From: Thermoplasmatota archaeon
GTDB lineage: Archaea; Thermoplasmatota; Thermoplasmata; UBA10834
Assembly: GCA_040751795.1 (NCBI GenBank)
Contig: JBFMHR010000002.1
Location: 96,001-160,000 of the forward strand
Direction: 5' to 3'
DNA length: 64,000 bases
Made by a program: the position numbers and the translations under genes. The notes below the pieces were generated by a model, which was given only the letters and a program-made list of their open reading frames with translations, was not told the origin of the DNA and ran no database searches. Positions 9,829 through 19,847 of this stretch are shown here, piece after piece. Each line of letters begins with the position of its first letter. Positions within the stretch are counted from its first letter, which is position 1.

Positions 9829-9955
9829 GCCGTCCTCCGGTGACCTCTAGGCGCCCCGGATACTCATAGCTGTCCCCTTAGGTGGAAGGGCCCCCAACCT
9901 TTAACCTCCCGGTGCGGATTCCCCGCCACCGCGCCAGCGCACGGAGGTCGGCCGA

Positions 9956-10837
9956 ATGGTCGTTGCGAAGGGTCTGCACATCGTCCGCATGGGGGAGCAC
10001 CACCTCGGGGAGGTCTTCTCGCTCATAGACCGCGAGAACTGGGGGTGGGAGCTCGCCGAGATACGGGCCATCCACCGGCTCGACCCTGGGAGCTCCGTCG
10101 TCGCGCTGGACGGGAGGGAGGTCGTGGGGCTCCTCACGTGCATCGACTACGGCAGCACGGCCTTCATTGTCCACATCATAGTGAGGGAGGGGTGGAGGGG
10201 CAAGGGCGTCGGCGTGCGCATGGTCCAGGAGGCGCTGGACGACCTCGACTCCCGCGGGATATCCACGGTGGAGCTGGACGCGAACCCCGAGGCCGCCGAT
10301 TTCTACGACCAGTTCTCCTTCAGGAGGGTCGAGGGGGTCTCGTTCATGGTCAGGGACCCGCCCCATGACGCGCTGCAAGTGGCAGCTGACACGGCCTCCT
10401 ACGCATGGCTGGGGCCCTCGGACATGCCCGCCGTCGCGGAGGCCACCTCCGCGGCGATGGGCCACAGGGGCGACGAGGTCCTCGCGGCCATGAGGAAGCT
10501 CCCGCCGGACCACGCCCTCTCCTCCGTCGGGCCAGGGCGCCCGCGGGACGTCATCGTCTCCAGGGCCGCCGTGGCCCTCAACGCCGCTGGGCCCTGGGTC
10601 ATGGAGCGCCCGACGGCGGCGCGCGCAGAGTCGATGATGAGGACGCTCGTCTCCGGGATGCCGGCGAAGAGGGTCGACCTCCTCGTCCCGGCGTCCAGCG
10701 AGCCGGCGGCCCAGGCTCTCGGGGCGTGCGGGTTCAGGCCCGCCAGGGACGGGATAGTCCGCATGGCTCGCTCCGCGGAGCCGGTGCGGAGGTTCCCGTC
10801 CTCGGTCCTGGCCGTGGGGCACCTCGGCCTGATCTGA
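9956..10837 (+). CDS. GNAT family N-acetyltransferase (YitH-like two-domain)
   Basis: IIVREGWRGKGVG...LDANPEAADFYDQFSF. Confidence 0.8.
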   Translation: MVVAKGLHIVRMGEHHLGEVFSLIDRENWGWELAEIRAIHRLDPGSSVVALDGREVVGLLTCIDYGSTAFIVHIIVREGWRGKGVGVRMVQEALDDLDSRGISTVELDANPEAADFYDQFSFRRVEGVSFMVRDPPHDALQVAADTASYAWLGPSDMPAVAEATSAAMGHRGDEVLAAMRKLPPDHALSSVGPGRPRDVIVSRAAVALNAAGPWVMERPTAARAESMMRTLVSGMPAKRVDLLVPASSEPAAQALGACGFRPARDGIVRMARSAEPVRRFPSSVLAVGHLGLI

Positions 10838-10907
10838 CCTGTCTCGTGCGAGGTGCTAGCACGTCTTGTGCGCCCCGGCTGTAGCCCCATACTATTAATG
10901 CCCGAAT

Positions 10908-12050
10908 ATGTACATCATGAGGGCGATGTTCCCGCAGCGAGTGGCATCACTGAAGGTGTCCGGGATAAGGAAGCTCTTCGAGGCCGCGCCCCCGGGCGCC
11001 ATCAACCTCGGCCTCGGCGAGCCCGACGTCCAGCCGCCCCAGGAGATGATAGACGCTTACAAGGCGGCGCTCGACGCCGGACACAACAAGTACGGCCCGA
11101 GCGCAGGCGTCAAGGAGCTCCGCGAGGCGATAGCCAAGAGCCTCAAGAGGTTCAGGAGGGACGTCGCCTACGAGAACATCATAGTCACCGCCGGCGCCAC
11201 GGAGGGCATGATGATAGCCTGCGAGACGATCGTGGACGAGGGGGACGAGGTCCTGGTGCCCAACCCTGGCTTCATCGTGTACGCCCCGGACGTCGCCCTG
11301 GCCGGCGGCCGCCCGGTGGAGTACTCCCTCCGCCACGAGAACGGCTTCCTTCCCCACATCGAGGAGGTCAAGTCCCTCATAACCCCCAGGACCAAGGCGA
11401 TCATCGTCAACTCCCCCTCGAACCCGACGGGGACCGTGTTCCCGAAGGAGGCGGTGAAGGCCATAGCGGACATAGCCACGGACAAGGGCCTCTACATCCT
11501 CTCTGACGAGGTCTACCACAACTTCGTCTACGAGGGGGAGCACTGCTCCTTCGCGCGCTTCCACGACGACACGGTCATAGTCGACTCGTTCTCCAAGACC
11601 TTCGCGGCGACCGGATGGAGGATAGGGTACGTCGCGACCTCCAAGGAGATCGTCCAGCAGCTCTCCAAGGTCCAGTACTACACCCTCGCCTGCCCGTCCA
11701 CCGCGACCCAGTACGCCGTCCTCGCCGGACTGAGGATGGAGACGCCGTACAGGAGGCAGCTGCTGGACCTCTTCAGGGGGAGGCGCGACATCGCCATGAG
11801 GAGGATGGCCCAGATCCCGGGCTTCTCCACGCCCCCGGTGACGGGCGCGTTCTACGTCTTCCCCAGGTACTCGCAGGGCATCGGCTCGGAGGACTTCGCC
11901 ATGCGCATCCTCAAGGCCGGGGTGATATGCGCGCCCGGCGCCGCCTTCGGCTCTCTCGGGGAGGGGCACCTGAGGTTCTCGTACGCCAACTCCGAGGAGA
12001 ACATCGAGAAGGGGATGGACATCGTCAGGGAAGTGGCCGCGGGCATCTGA
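10908..12050 (+). CDS. aspC: PLP-dependent aminotransferase class I/II (aspartate aminotransferase-like)
   Basis: INLGLGEPD, NSPSNPTG, SDEVY, SFSKTFAATGWRIG (PLP lysine); true start may be a few codons later. Confidence 0.9.
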   Translation: MYIMRAMFPQRVASLKVSGIRKLFEAAPPGAINLGLGEPDVQPPQEMIDAYKAALDAGHNKYGPSAGVKELREAIAKSLKRFRRDVAYENIIVTAGATEGMMIACETIVDEGDEVLVPNPGFIVYAPDVALAGGRPVEYSLRHENGFLPHIEEVKSLITPRTKAIIVNSPSNPTGTVFPKEAVKAIADIATDKGLYILSDEVYHNFVYEGEHCSFARFHDDTVIVDSFSKTFAATGWRIGYVATSKEIVQQLSKVQYYTLACPSTATQYAVLAGLRMETPYRRQLLDLFRGRRDIAMRRMAQIPGFSTPPVTGAFYVFPRYSQGIGSEDFAMRILKAGVICAPGAAFGSLGEGHLRFSYANSEENIEKGMDIVREVAAGI

Positions 12051-12098
12051 CGCGCCCCCTCCAGTAGTTTTATATGGGTACCCATATCTTTAGGTCGC

Positions 12099-13691
12099 AT
12101 GCCGGACGAGGGCGCAGCGGCGGCCTCCGAATCCTCGAGGCTGATGAGCCCCAAGGCGGCCCTCTCCGTCGTCAACAACGTCGTCGGCGCCATACTCGGC
12201 ACGACCGCGCTGGTGTTCATAGCCCAGAACATGGGCCCCTCCGCCCTGGGGATACTCGGGTACGCGATGGCAGCGATCGGCGCCCTCAGCTTCCTCTCCG
12301 ACTTCGGCATGGGTTCGGTCCACAGGACGCACATAAAGCACTCGGCGGACGTGGGCAAGTGCATAGGCGCCTACGCCGCGATACGCCTCGTCCTCCTCGG
12401 CATATTCTCGGCCGTCACCCTGGTCATAATACAGCTCTGGAAGGACGGCTTCGTCGGGGCGGACATGCCCGACAACCAGGTCGTGCTGGGCCAGCTGGTC
12501 GACTCGATGTACATATTCCTGGTGTACTACGTCCTCCTGGGCATCAGCCAGGTCGCGACGCACACGTTCGACGCCCTCGACTCCATGGCGAAGGTGCACG
12601 TGCCCGCGCTGCTCGAGCTGGTGGTGAGGGTCTCCTTCGTCGTGTACGTGGCGACCTCGTCGCTGGCCGACACGGTGAACGGCCCGGCCCTCCTCGCGAC
12701 GGCCTACACGGCGGGCATGATCGCCTCCATACTGGTCGTCGCCATGCTGATGAGGTCCTACGAGATCTCCGTCCCGGACAGGTACATGGTGATGAGCTAC
12801 ATCAGGTCCCTGCTCCCGGTCTTCATAGTCTCCATGACCATCATACTCGACCTCTTCCTGGACAAGCTCGTCATAGGCTACTTCTGGGGCGAGGTGGAGC
12901 TCGGGCTGTACTTCGGCGTGCAGCGCATGGCCGTGTTCGTCGGGGTGTTCTCCCTCTCCGTCGCGACGCTCATCCTGCCCTCGGTGACGACCTACTTCAT
13001 CAAGAGGGACGTCGCCGCCAGCTGGGAGGTCGTGAACCAGGCCGAGAGGTACGTGTCCCTCGTCGTGGTCCCGACGGCTGCTTTCTACCTCCTGTACGGC
13101 TCGGACATCCTCCGGACGTTCCTCACGGACGACTTCGCCGCCGCCGTGAGGACGATGGACATGCTGGTGATATCGGCCACCGTCCTGGCGCTCGTCCTTC
13201 CCCTGAGGTCGGTCATCGTCGGCGTGGGGAAGCCGACCACCCTGTTCATGGTGAACGTCGGCGGCCTCACCATACAGATGGCCCTGATGCTCGTCCTCGT
13301 CCCTGACAGGCTGTTCGGGGTGGGCCTGCCCGGCATGAAGGGCCAGGGGGCCGCCGTCGCGCTGCTCGTCACCTCGGTCTACTACTTCTTCGTCCTCAGG
13401 TACATGGCGTGGAGGATCGGCAGGATCCTGCCCAACTCGCGCTCCTTCAAGCACCTGGTCAGCGCCATAGTGATGGTCGGCGCGATGTACGTCGTGGACT
13501 GGCTCGTGGTCCCGACGGTCGACTGGCTCGCCCTCCTGTTCCTCGCGGTGGTGGGGGTCGTGGCATACGGCGCCGCCGCCTACATCATGGGCGAGCTCGA
13601 CAGGGCGGACTACAGGTACTTCAGGTCCATGCTCAACCCGCAGGACACCTTCCAGTACGTGGTGAACGAGCTGGTCGGCAAGCGCGCCTGA
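12099..13691 (+). CDS. Oligosaccharide flippase (Wzx/RfbX, MOP superfamily)
   Basis: About 14 TM segments; motifs DFGMG, LDKLVIGYFWGEVELGLY, LILPSVT, GAAVALLVT. Confidence 0.85.
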   Translation: MPDEGAAAASESSRLMSPKAALSVVNNVVGAILGTTALVFIAQNMGPSALGILGYAMAAIGALSFLSDFGMGSVHRTHIKHSADVGKCIGAYAAIRLVLLGIFSAVTLVIIQLWKDGFVGADMPDNQVVLGQLVDSMYIFLVYYVLLGISQVATHTFDALDSMAKVHVPALLELVVRVSFVVYVATSSLADTVNGPALLATAYTAGMIASILVVAMLMRSYEISVPDRYMVMSYIRSLLPVFIVSMTIILDLFLDKLVIGYFWGEVELGLYFGVQRMAVFVGVFSLSVATLILPSVTTYFIKRDVAASWEVVNQAERYVSLVVVPTAAFYLLYGSDILRTFLTDDFAAAVRTMDMLVISATVLALVLPLRSVIVGVGKPTTLFMVNVGGLTIQMALMLVLVPDRLFGVGLPGMKGQGAAVALLVTSVYYFFVLRYMAWRIGRILPNSRSFKHLVSAIVMVGAMYVVDWLVVPTVDWLALLFLAVVGVVAYGAAAYIMGELDRADYRYFRSMLNPQDTFQYVVNELVGKRA

Positions 13692-13740
13692 GCTTCGATT
13701 CGTTTATAGGCAGAGAGCCTGATTACCGCGCCGGTCCACG

Positions 13741-15012
13741 ATGTCGGAGACGACCATCATCATGCACGCCTCTGAGCTGGTCACGCTCAGGGGCCCGAAG
13801 CGGTACAGGGCGAAGTCGGAGATGTCCGAGCTGTCCATCATACCCGACGGAGCGGTCGTCGTCTCAGACGGGGCGATAGAGGACGTCGGCAGGACCGAGG
13901 CGGTGCTGAAGGAGCACGACGCGACCGGTGTCGAGCGCATCGACGCCACGGGGAAGGTGGTCATGCCCGGCCTCGTCGACCCGCACACCCACCTGGTCTT
14001 CGCCGGCTCCAGGGAGTTCGAGCTGGAGCTGAAGCTGAAGGGGAAGGGCTACCTCGAGATCCTCGCCGCCGGCGGCGGCATCCTGAGGACCGTGAGGGAC
14101 ACCAGGGCCGCCTCCGAGGAGGAGCTATTCGGCCAGGCCGCCCCCAGGCTCGAGTCGATGGTCGCCCACGGCTCGACGACTATCGAGGCCAAGTCCGGCT
14201 ACGGCCTGGACAGGGACGTGGAGATGAGGATCCTCAGGACCGTGAGGAGGCTCGACGAGGCGTACCCGGTCGACCTCGTCCCGACGTTCATGGGGGCCCA
14301 CGCGGTCCCGCCGGAGTTCCAGGGGCGCCCCGACGACTACGTCCGGTTCGTCGTCCAGGAGGTCCTGCCGGCGGTCTCGCGCGAGGGCCTTGCGAGGTTC
14401 TGCGACGTCTTCTGCGAGTCCGGCGTGTTCGACCAGTCGCAATCGAGGCAGGTGCTGGAGGCGGCGAAGGCCCTGGGCATGGGCGTCAAGGTCCACGCGG
14501 ACGAGTTCACGTCGTCGGGGGGCGCGGAGCTCGCGGCCGAGCTCGGCGCGGCCTCGGCCGACCACCTGGCCAGGCCATCGGACGACGGCCTCATGGCCAT
14601 GGCGAGGAAGGACATAGTCGGCGTCCTGCTCCCGGGGACGCCCTACACGTCCATGTCCGGCACGTACCCGGACGCGCGCAGGCTGATCGACATCGGCGTC
14701 CCGATCGCGCTGGGGACCGACCTCAACCCAAACTGCTGGAACGAGTCGATGCAGTTCACCATGAGCCTCGCGTGCTACAAGATGCGGATGACGCCGGCCG
14801 AGGCGCTGACGGCCTCCACCGTGAACGCCGCCGCCGCCCTCGGGCTGGAGAAGAAGATCGGGACGCTGGAGACCGGCAAGAGGGCGGACATCGTCGTCAT
14901 GGGCGTGCCATCTCACTCGATGATCCCGTGCAGGTTCGGGACGAACCTCTGCGAGCTCGTGATGAAGGACGGGAAGGTCGCCTGGAGGAAGGGCCCCGGG
15001 CCCAGGCTCTAG
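13741..15012 (+). CDS. hutI: Imidazolonepropionase
   Basis: PGLVDPHTHLVFAGSR, GGGILRTVRDTR, EAKSGYGL, FCDVFCE, KVHADEF, ADHL, GTDLNP. Confidence 0.93.
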   Translation: MSETTIIMHASELVTLRGPKRYRAKSEMSELSIIPDGAVVVSDGAIEDVGRTEAVLKEHDATGVERIDATGKVVMPGLVDPHTHLVFAGSREFELELKLKGKGYLEILAAGGGILRTVRDTRAASEEELFGQAAPRLESMVAHGSTTIEAKSGYGLDRDVEMRILRTVRRLDEAYPVDLVPTFMGAHAVPPEFQGRPDDYVRFVVQEVLPAVSREGLARFCDVFCESGVFDQSQSRQVLEAAKALGMGVKVHADEFTSSGGAELAAELGAASADHLARPSDDGLMAMARKDIVGVLLPGTPYTSMSGTYPDARRLIDIGVPIALGTDLNPNCWNESMQFTMSLACYKMRMTPAEALTASTVNAAAALGLEKKIGTLETGKRADIVVMGVPSHSMIPCRFGTNLCELVMKDGKVAWRKGPGPRL

Positions 15013-15461
15013 ATCCTCAGTATGATTATGCCGAGCACGACCGTGGCGATCCCGACCCACTCCTTCAGGCTCATCTGCTCCCTCAGTATCAGGAACGCCA
15101 GCATGGTCGTGAACACCGCGTTCGACGTGGCCACCGCCGCGGTCGCGCCGGTGCTCATGTCCGAGTGGGACATGGCATAGACGAACGAGAGGATGCCGAT
15201 GCCGAGGCACGCGCCGGCGGCGACAGGGTACACGATGTTGCTGCCGAGCGGCTCGATGCTGTCGGTGATCCAGAGGTACGCCAGGAGGCAGGCCCCGAGG
15301 CCGCCCATGGTGAGCCACATCACGGCGGTGAATATGTTGGGGTCGATCTCCAGGTTCTTCTCCCCGTACGCGATGAGGAAGTTGGTCGTGCCCCAGAGTA
15401 GGAATGTCCCGACTGCGAACATCAATGCCATAGAGGCCAAGGTCTTACGCTCCACGGACAC
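15009..15461 (-). CDS. EamA/DMT family small membrane transporter
   Basis: Five TM segments; VFTTMLAFLILREQMSLKEWVGIATVVLG EamA signature. Confidence 0.85.
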   Translation of the reverse strand: MSVERKTLASMALMFAVGTFLLWGTTNFLIAYGEKNLEIDPNIFTAVMWLTMGGLGACLLAYLWITDSIEPLGSNIVYPVAAGACLGIGILSFVYAMSHSDMSTGATAAVATSNAVFTTMLAFLILREQMSLKEWVGIATVVLGIIILRI

Positions 15462-15595
15462 GGCCAGAATCGCCTGGATATAAATACATTTGCGGGAGAT
15501 GGCCAGGCCCTAGGTATGTATTTATCCACGCATGGGGATGCTCGCGGGAGCCGGCCCGGGCGGATGGCCCGACGCGCCGGCAGGTCGGTCCTCCG

Positions 15596-16630
15596 ATGGT
15601 CTCCGTGTGCATGCTCACCGAGCTCGAGTCCTACAGGGGCATCATACCGTACAAGAACCCAGGTGGGATGGGGACCAACGCCCCTATGGTCGCGAGGGAG
15701 CTGGAGCGGCTCGGGTGCAGGGTGGTCTTCAACCGGCCGGAGGAGGACTGCGACGTCCTCCACGTGCACAGCCAGCTCCCGCGCTCCTTCGCGTGGGCGC
15801 TGAGGAGGCGCATGGAGGGGAGGCCCCTGGTGGTACACGGCCGCCACCTCCCGGAGCTGGTCAAGGGCGGGTTCAAGGGGGGCTCGCTGATCTACCCGCT
15901 GGTGCGCCGCTACTCCGTCTACTTCTACAACCTCGGCGACGTGGTGCTCGGCGCCACGCCGTACGTGGCGAAGTCGCTCGCGGGCGACGGCGTGAGGGGG
16001 CCGTTCAAGGTCATCCCCAACGGCATCAACCGCGAGGTGTTCGCCAGGGACGCGGGGCGCGGCGCCGAGTTCAGGGAGCGCTGGGGCGTCCGGCCCGGGG
16101 AGAAGCTGGTGGTCAGCGTCGGCCTGCGCATCCCGCGCAAGGGGGTCGACACCTTCGTGAACATGTCCTCCATCCTCTCGAGGCGTGACGACCTCAGGTT
16201 CGTGTGGGTCGGGGAGAGCGAGCCCCTGCTCGAGGACGCCCTGGACGGGCTCGACAGGGGCAGGGTCCTCTTCCCCGGGCACGTGCCGTTCCAGGACATA
16301 GTCGGGGTGTACTCCGCCGCCGACGTCTTCGTGTTCCCGACCAGGGCCGAGAGCTACGGGAACGTCATGCTCGAGGCGGCCAGCTGCGGCTGCCCGCTGC
16401 TCATCAGGGACATCCCCGTCTACGAGGGGTGGGTCCGCGACGGCGAGCACTGCCTGAAGGCGCGGACGGACGAGGAGTTCGCGCGGAAGCTGGAGTCCAT
16501 GGTGGACGACGCGCAGCTCCGCGAGAGGATGTCCAGGGGCGCCCTGGCCCTCGCCGAGGAGCACGACATCAAGAAGACCGCGGCGATGCTGAAGGAACTG
16601 TACGAGGAACTGGCGAAGGGGAGGGTGTAG
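15596..16630 (+). CDS. Glycosyltransferase family 4 (GT-B, retaining)
   Basis: VIPNGIN, RKGVD, ADVFVFPTRAESYGNVMLEAASCGCP. Confidence 0.92.
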   Translation: MVSVCMLTELESYRGIIPYKNPGGMGTNAPMVARELERLGCRVVFNRPEEDCDVLHVHSQLPRSFAWALRRRMEGRPLVVHGRHLPELVKGGFKGGSLIYPLVRRYSVYFYNLGDVVLGATPYVAKSLAGDGVRGPFKVIPNGINREVFARDAGRGAEFRERWGVRPGEKLVVSVGLRIPRKGVDTFVNMSSILSRRDDLRFVWVGESEPLLEDALDGLDRGRVLFPGHVPFQDIVGVYSAADVFVFPTRAESYGNVMLEAASCGCPLLIRDIPVYEGWVRDGEHCLKARTDEEFARKLESMVDDAQLRERMSRGALALAEEHDIKKTAAMLKELYEELAKGRV

Positions 16631-16631
16631 C

Positions 16632-17228
16632 CTGCTCGGTGAGGACATCATATCCCTGTTCTCGTCCCTCGGCGACGCGGGGATGCTTCTCGCTCTCGTG
16701 GCCATCATACTCATAGACGGGACCGGGTTCCCCACGCTGCCCGAGGTGTGGATGGTCTTCATCTTCGGCGCCAACCCCGACTCGTTCACCTGGGGCGTCC
16801 TCGTGGTGATAGTGTCGAGCCTCGCCAGCCTCGGCGGCAACTTCATCCTCTACTCGCTGGTGAGGGCGGCCAGGCTCCCGAACTGGATCCAGAGGCGGAT
16901 GAAGCAGTACACGGACTTCCTGATCGTCAAGGACGAGCGCCTCCTCCTCCTGAACAGGGTGGCCCCCGTCGTGCCGTACACAGGCGCCTTCATGGCCGTC
17001 TGCAACTGGGACCTCCGCAAGTGCACCCTGTACCTCATCGTAGGCGCCCTGGCGAAGTCTTCGGTCGTCGTCGTCCTGTCATGGCTGAGCTACGACAACC
17101 TCAGGCAGGAGGTCGCCCCATGGGTCGCGCTGGGCGCCGTGGCGGTGGTCATCGTCGCCAGCATTGTCGCATCATTAATCTACAAGAGACGGCTTCGCCG
17201 GAGGGGGGAGCTCCCACGATCTCAGTGA
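16632..17228 (+). CDS. DedA/VTT-like membrane protein; probable CTG start at 16632 (first ATG 16683)
   Basis: FPTLPE, ASLGGNFILY and LLNRVAPVVP resemble DedA motifs. The frame is open back to a CTG located 1 nt after the GT4 stop and preceded by GGAGGGTG. Confidence 0.6.
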   Translation: MLGEDIISLFSSLGDAGMLLALVAIILIDGTGFPTLPEVWMVFIFGANPDSFTWGVLVVIVSSLASLGGNFILYSLVRAARLPNWIQRRMKQYTDFLIVKDERLLLLNRVAPVVPYTGAFMAVCNWDLRKCTLYLIVGALAKSSVVVVLSWLSYDNLRQEVAPWVALGAVAVVIVASIVASLIYKRRLRRRGELPRSQ

Positions 17229-18328
17229 TCATCCCGACCTACAACGAGAAGGACAACCTGGAGGAGCTCGTGCGCAGGACGAGCGCCGCGTGCTCCGCCA
17301 CCAAGATGGGCCACGAGATCGTCATCGTGGACGACAACAGCCCCGACGGGACGGGGGCGCTGGCGGAGGAGCTCGGGAAGAGCTTCAGCGTCAAGGTCGT
17401 GCACAGGGCGGGCAAGCTCGGCCTCTCGACTGCGGTGCTGGACGGGTTCAAGGCAGCCTCGGGTTCCGTGCTCGTCGTGATGGACGCGGACCTCAGCCAC
17501 CCGCCGGAGAAGATCGCCGAGATGGTCGAGCGCATAGTCAAGGGCGGCGCGGACATGGTCATCGGGAGCAGGTACGTCCCCGGCGGCCAGGTCGAGAACT
17601 GGCCCCTCCACAGGAAGCTCATCTCGAAGGGGGCGACCCTCCTCGCCAGGGGGCTCACGAAGGTGAAGGACCCGATGAGCGGCTTCTTCGCCGTCAAGCG
17701 CGAGGCCGTGGAGGGGGTCGAGCTCAACCCGATAGGCTACAAGATCGGCCTCGAGGTCCTGGTCAAGGGGAAGGTGTCGAAGGTGGAGGAGGTACCCATC
17801 ACCTTCGCGGACCGCAAGGCCGGCAAGAGCAAGCTGGGCGCGTCCGTGACCCTGAAGTACATCGACCACTGCATCTCCCTGTACGAGCACAGGAAGCCCT
17901 GGCTCGCGAAGTACCTCAAGTTCGCGTTCGTGGGCGGGATAGGGACGCTGATCAACCTCGCCATCTTCTGGACCTCGATCGAGTTCTTCTACGTCAACGA
18001 GTTCGTCGCGCTTACGCTGGCGTTCGTCGTGGCGGACACGAACAACTTCATCTGGAACAGGTGGTGGACGTTCAGGTCGAAGGGGAAGATCCACTTCCAG
18101 TACCCCCAGTTCCTCGTGGTCAGCGCCGACGGGCTGATGCTCAACATCATACTCTACTCGGCGTTCACGGACCACCTATTCCCGGCGCTGGGCCTCGTGG
18201 AGGACAGGGCCAGCCTCTACCAGGTGTCCGCGCAGGTCCTCTGCATCTTCCTCGTGAGCGTGTTCAACTTCTTCGCCAACGCGCTCTGGACCTTCGAGGC
18301 CGACATGCGGCCTAGACGTCGGCCTTAG
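17225..18328 (+). CDS. Polyprenol (dolichol)-phosphate sugar synthase, GT2 DPM1-like, fused to a C-terminal GtrA-like flippase domain; start uncertain
   Basis: ISVIIPTYNE, IVDDNSPDGT, VMDADLSHPP, IGSRY, DPMSGFF, EVPITFADRKAGKSK; GtrA-like KFAFVGGIGTLIN...NFIWNRWWTF. No in-frame ATG near the start (GTG 17225; near-cognate ACG 17189, ACG 17216, ATC 17219). Confidence 0.88.
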   Translation: MIIPTYNEKDNLEELVRRTSAACSATKMGHEIVIVDDNSPDGTGALAEELGKSFSVKVVHRAGKLGLSTAVLDGFKAASGSVLVVMDADLSHPPEKIAEMVERIVKGGADMVIGSRYVPGGQVENWPLHRKLISKGATLLARGLTKVKDPMSGFFAVKREAVEGVELNPIGYKIGLEVLVKGKVSKVEEVPITFADRKAGKSKLGASVTLKYIDHCISLYEHRKPWLAKYLKFAFVGGIGTLINLAIFWTSIEFFYVNEFVALTLAFVVADTNNFIWNRWWTFRSKGKIHFQYPQFLVVSADGLMLNIILYSAFTDHLFPALGLVEDRASLYQVSAQVLCIFLVSVFNFFANALWTFEADMRPRRRP

Positions 18329-19847
18329 GGTTCAGGACCGGGATGCCGTACTCCCCAGCGACCTCGTACTTCACGTAGAAGTACGTGGGGTCTATGCTGC
18401 CCTCGAAGAGGTCCAGGACGGTGTCGTCCCCGTGGCCGACCCACCATGGCACGACCATGGCGAAGCCGTTCTCCCGGAGGTACGGGACGAAGCCCTCTAT
18501 GTCCTGCAGCCTGAAGCAAACCACGACCACCGAGACGTTGTACCTCTCTATCGCTGTCTGGAGGTCCTCGAGCGTCAGCTGCGGGTACCTCCTGTAGGCG
18601 ACGTTGACGACCTCCGGGGGCACCTGCCTGTCGGCGTAGGTCGCGATGAGCGGGTCCCCCGTTATCACCCAGTCGTCCTGCTCCGTGATCTCGGCGAGCC
18701 TCTCGGCGTAGACTATCTCCGAGGGCTCCCCCTGGAACGCCATCCCGTAGAAGGCGAGGCCCGTCGAAGCGGCCAGGTCTATCATGATGACGGCCGTCGC
18801 GAAGCGCCTGAGGTTGGGGTCCCTTTTCAGCACGTAATAGAGGTGGCTCTTCTTGTGGTGCCCCTTTTTGAACATGACGGTCTCGGACGTCACGAACCCG
18901 GCGAGGACGGCGAGGGCGGGGCTCAGGAGGACCATGTGGTGGAAGAAGACGAGGGGCTGGAGGACCATGAAGGCGAGCACGACCGCCGTCACGACTATGA
19001 GGTAGCGCACCTCAGGCCCGACCGCCCAGAGGTCGCGCGCGTACGCGATGGGGAGGATGTAGGTCAGGTTCAGCCCCAGGTAGCCCAGTATGGAGAGCTT
19101 GAAGAGGAGCTCGAGCTCGCGGTGCGTCTGGTCGAACAGCATCCCCTGGAGCATCTCCGAGGGGCCGAGCAGCGCCAGGAAGGTGACCATCGGGACGGCC
19201 GCGCCCCCGATCATCGTGCCGAGGTCCAAGGCCTTGGACGCCTTGAACGACCTCTCCCTCAGGGCCTCCACGGCGAAGAAGAGTATGAGCGCAAGCAGCC
19301 CCAGCCCGCCCAGCAGCTTGACCGCGGTGGCGAGGCCTACGAAGAGCCCGGCCAGGAACGCCGCGAGCCTGTCGCCCCTCTTCGCGTAGAAGTAGAACGC
19401 GAGGAAACCGAACGCGAGCATGTACGTGGCCATGCCGTCGAGGGAGAACAGCCTCGCCTCCCGGACGAAGGCGAAGTCCACCGCCAGGAAGAGCCCCGTG
19501 GAGATCATCGCCACGTCCCCTCCGATCCTCCTGGCGACGTACATGCAGGCCGCGATTGCCCCCAGGGAGAGCGCGGCGTTGAGGGCCCTCAGGGCGATCA
19601 CGTCCCCCTCGAGGAGGGCCCCGAAGTAGAACGCGAGGGGGGCCTGGTCGCACGGGATGTCGGTGTAGAGGTCGTAGTCCCTGCTGATCAGCAGCGCCCT
19701 CTGGAGCATCACGCCCTCGTCCACGCCGTTGTTGGAGAAGCTCCAGCCGATGTTGTGGAGCCTTATGGCGGCCGCGAGGGCCAGTATGAGGAGGACGGCG
19801 ACGAGCGTCCTGCGCCGGGTCTCGGTGAGGCGGGCGAGCAGACTCAT
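18312..19847 (-). CDS. GT-C fold glycosyltransferase (GT39/ArnT/PMT-like, polyprenyl-phosphate-sugar dependent)
   Basis: DEG motif after TM1, LYTDIPCDQAPL, LAGLFVGLATAVK, about 11 TM segments and a C-terminal extracytoplasmic domain. Confidence 0.82.
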   Translation of the reverse strand: MSLLARLTETRRRTLVAVLLILALAAAIRLHNIGWSFSNNGVDEGVMLQRALLISRDYDLYTDIPCDQAPLAFYFGALLEGDVIALRALNAALSLGAIAACMYVARRIGGDVAMISTGLFLAVDFAFVREARLFSLDGMATYMLAFGFLAFYFYAKRGDRLAAFLAGLFVGLATAVKLLGGLGLLALILFFAVEALRERSFKASKALDLGTMIGGAAVPMVTFLALLGPSEMLQGMLFDQTHRELELLFKLSILGYLGLNLTYILPIAYARDLWAVGPEVRYLIVVTAVVLAFMVLQPLVFFHHMVLLSPALAVLAGFVTSETVMFKKGHHKKSHLYYVLKRDPNLRRFATAVIMIDLAASTGLAFYGMAFQGEPSEIVYAERLAEITEQDDWVITGDPLIATYADRQVPPEVVNVAYRRYPQLTLEDLQTAIERYNVSVVVVCFRLQDIEGFVPYLRENGFAMVVPWWVGHGDDTVLDLFEGSIDPTYFYVKYEVAGEYGIPVLNPKADV

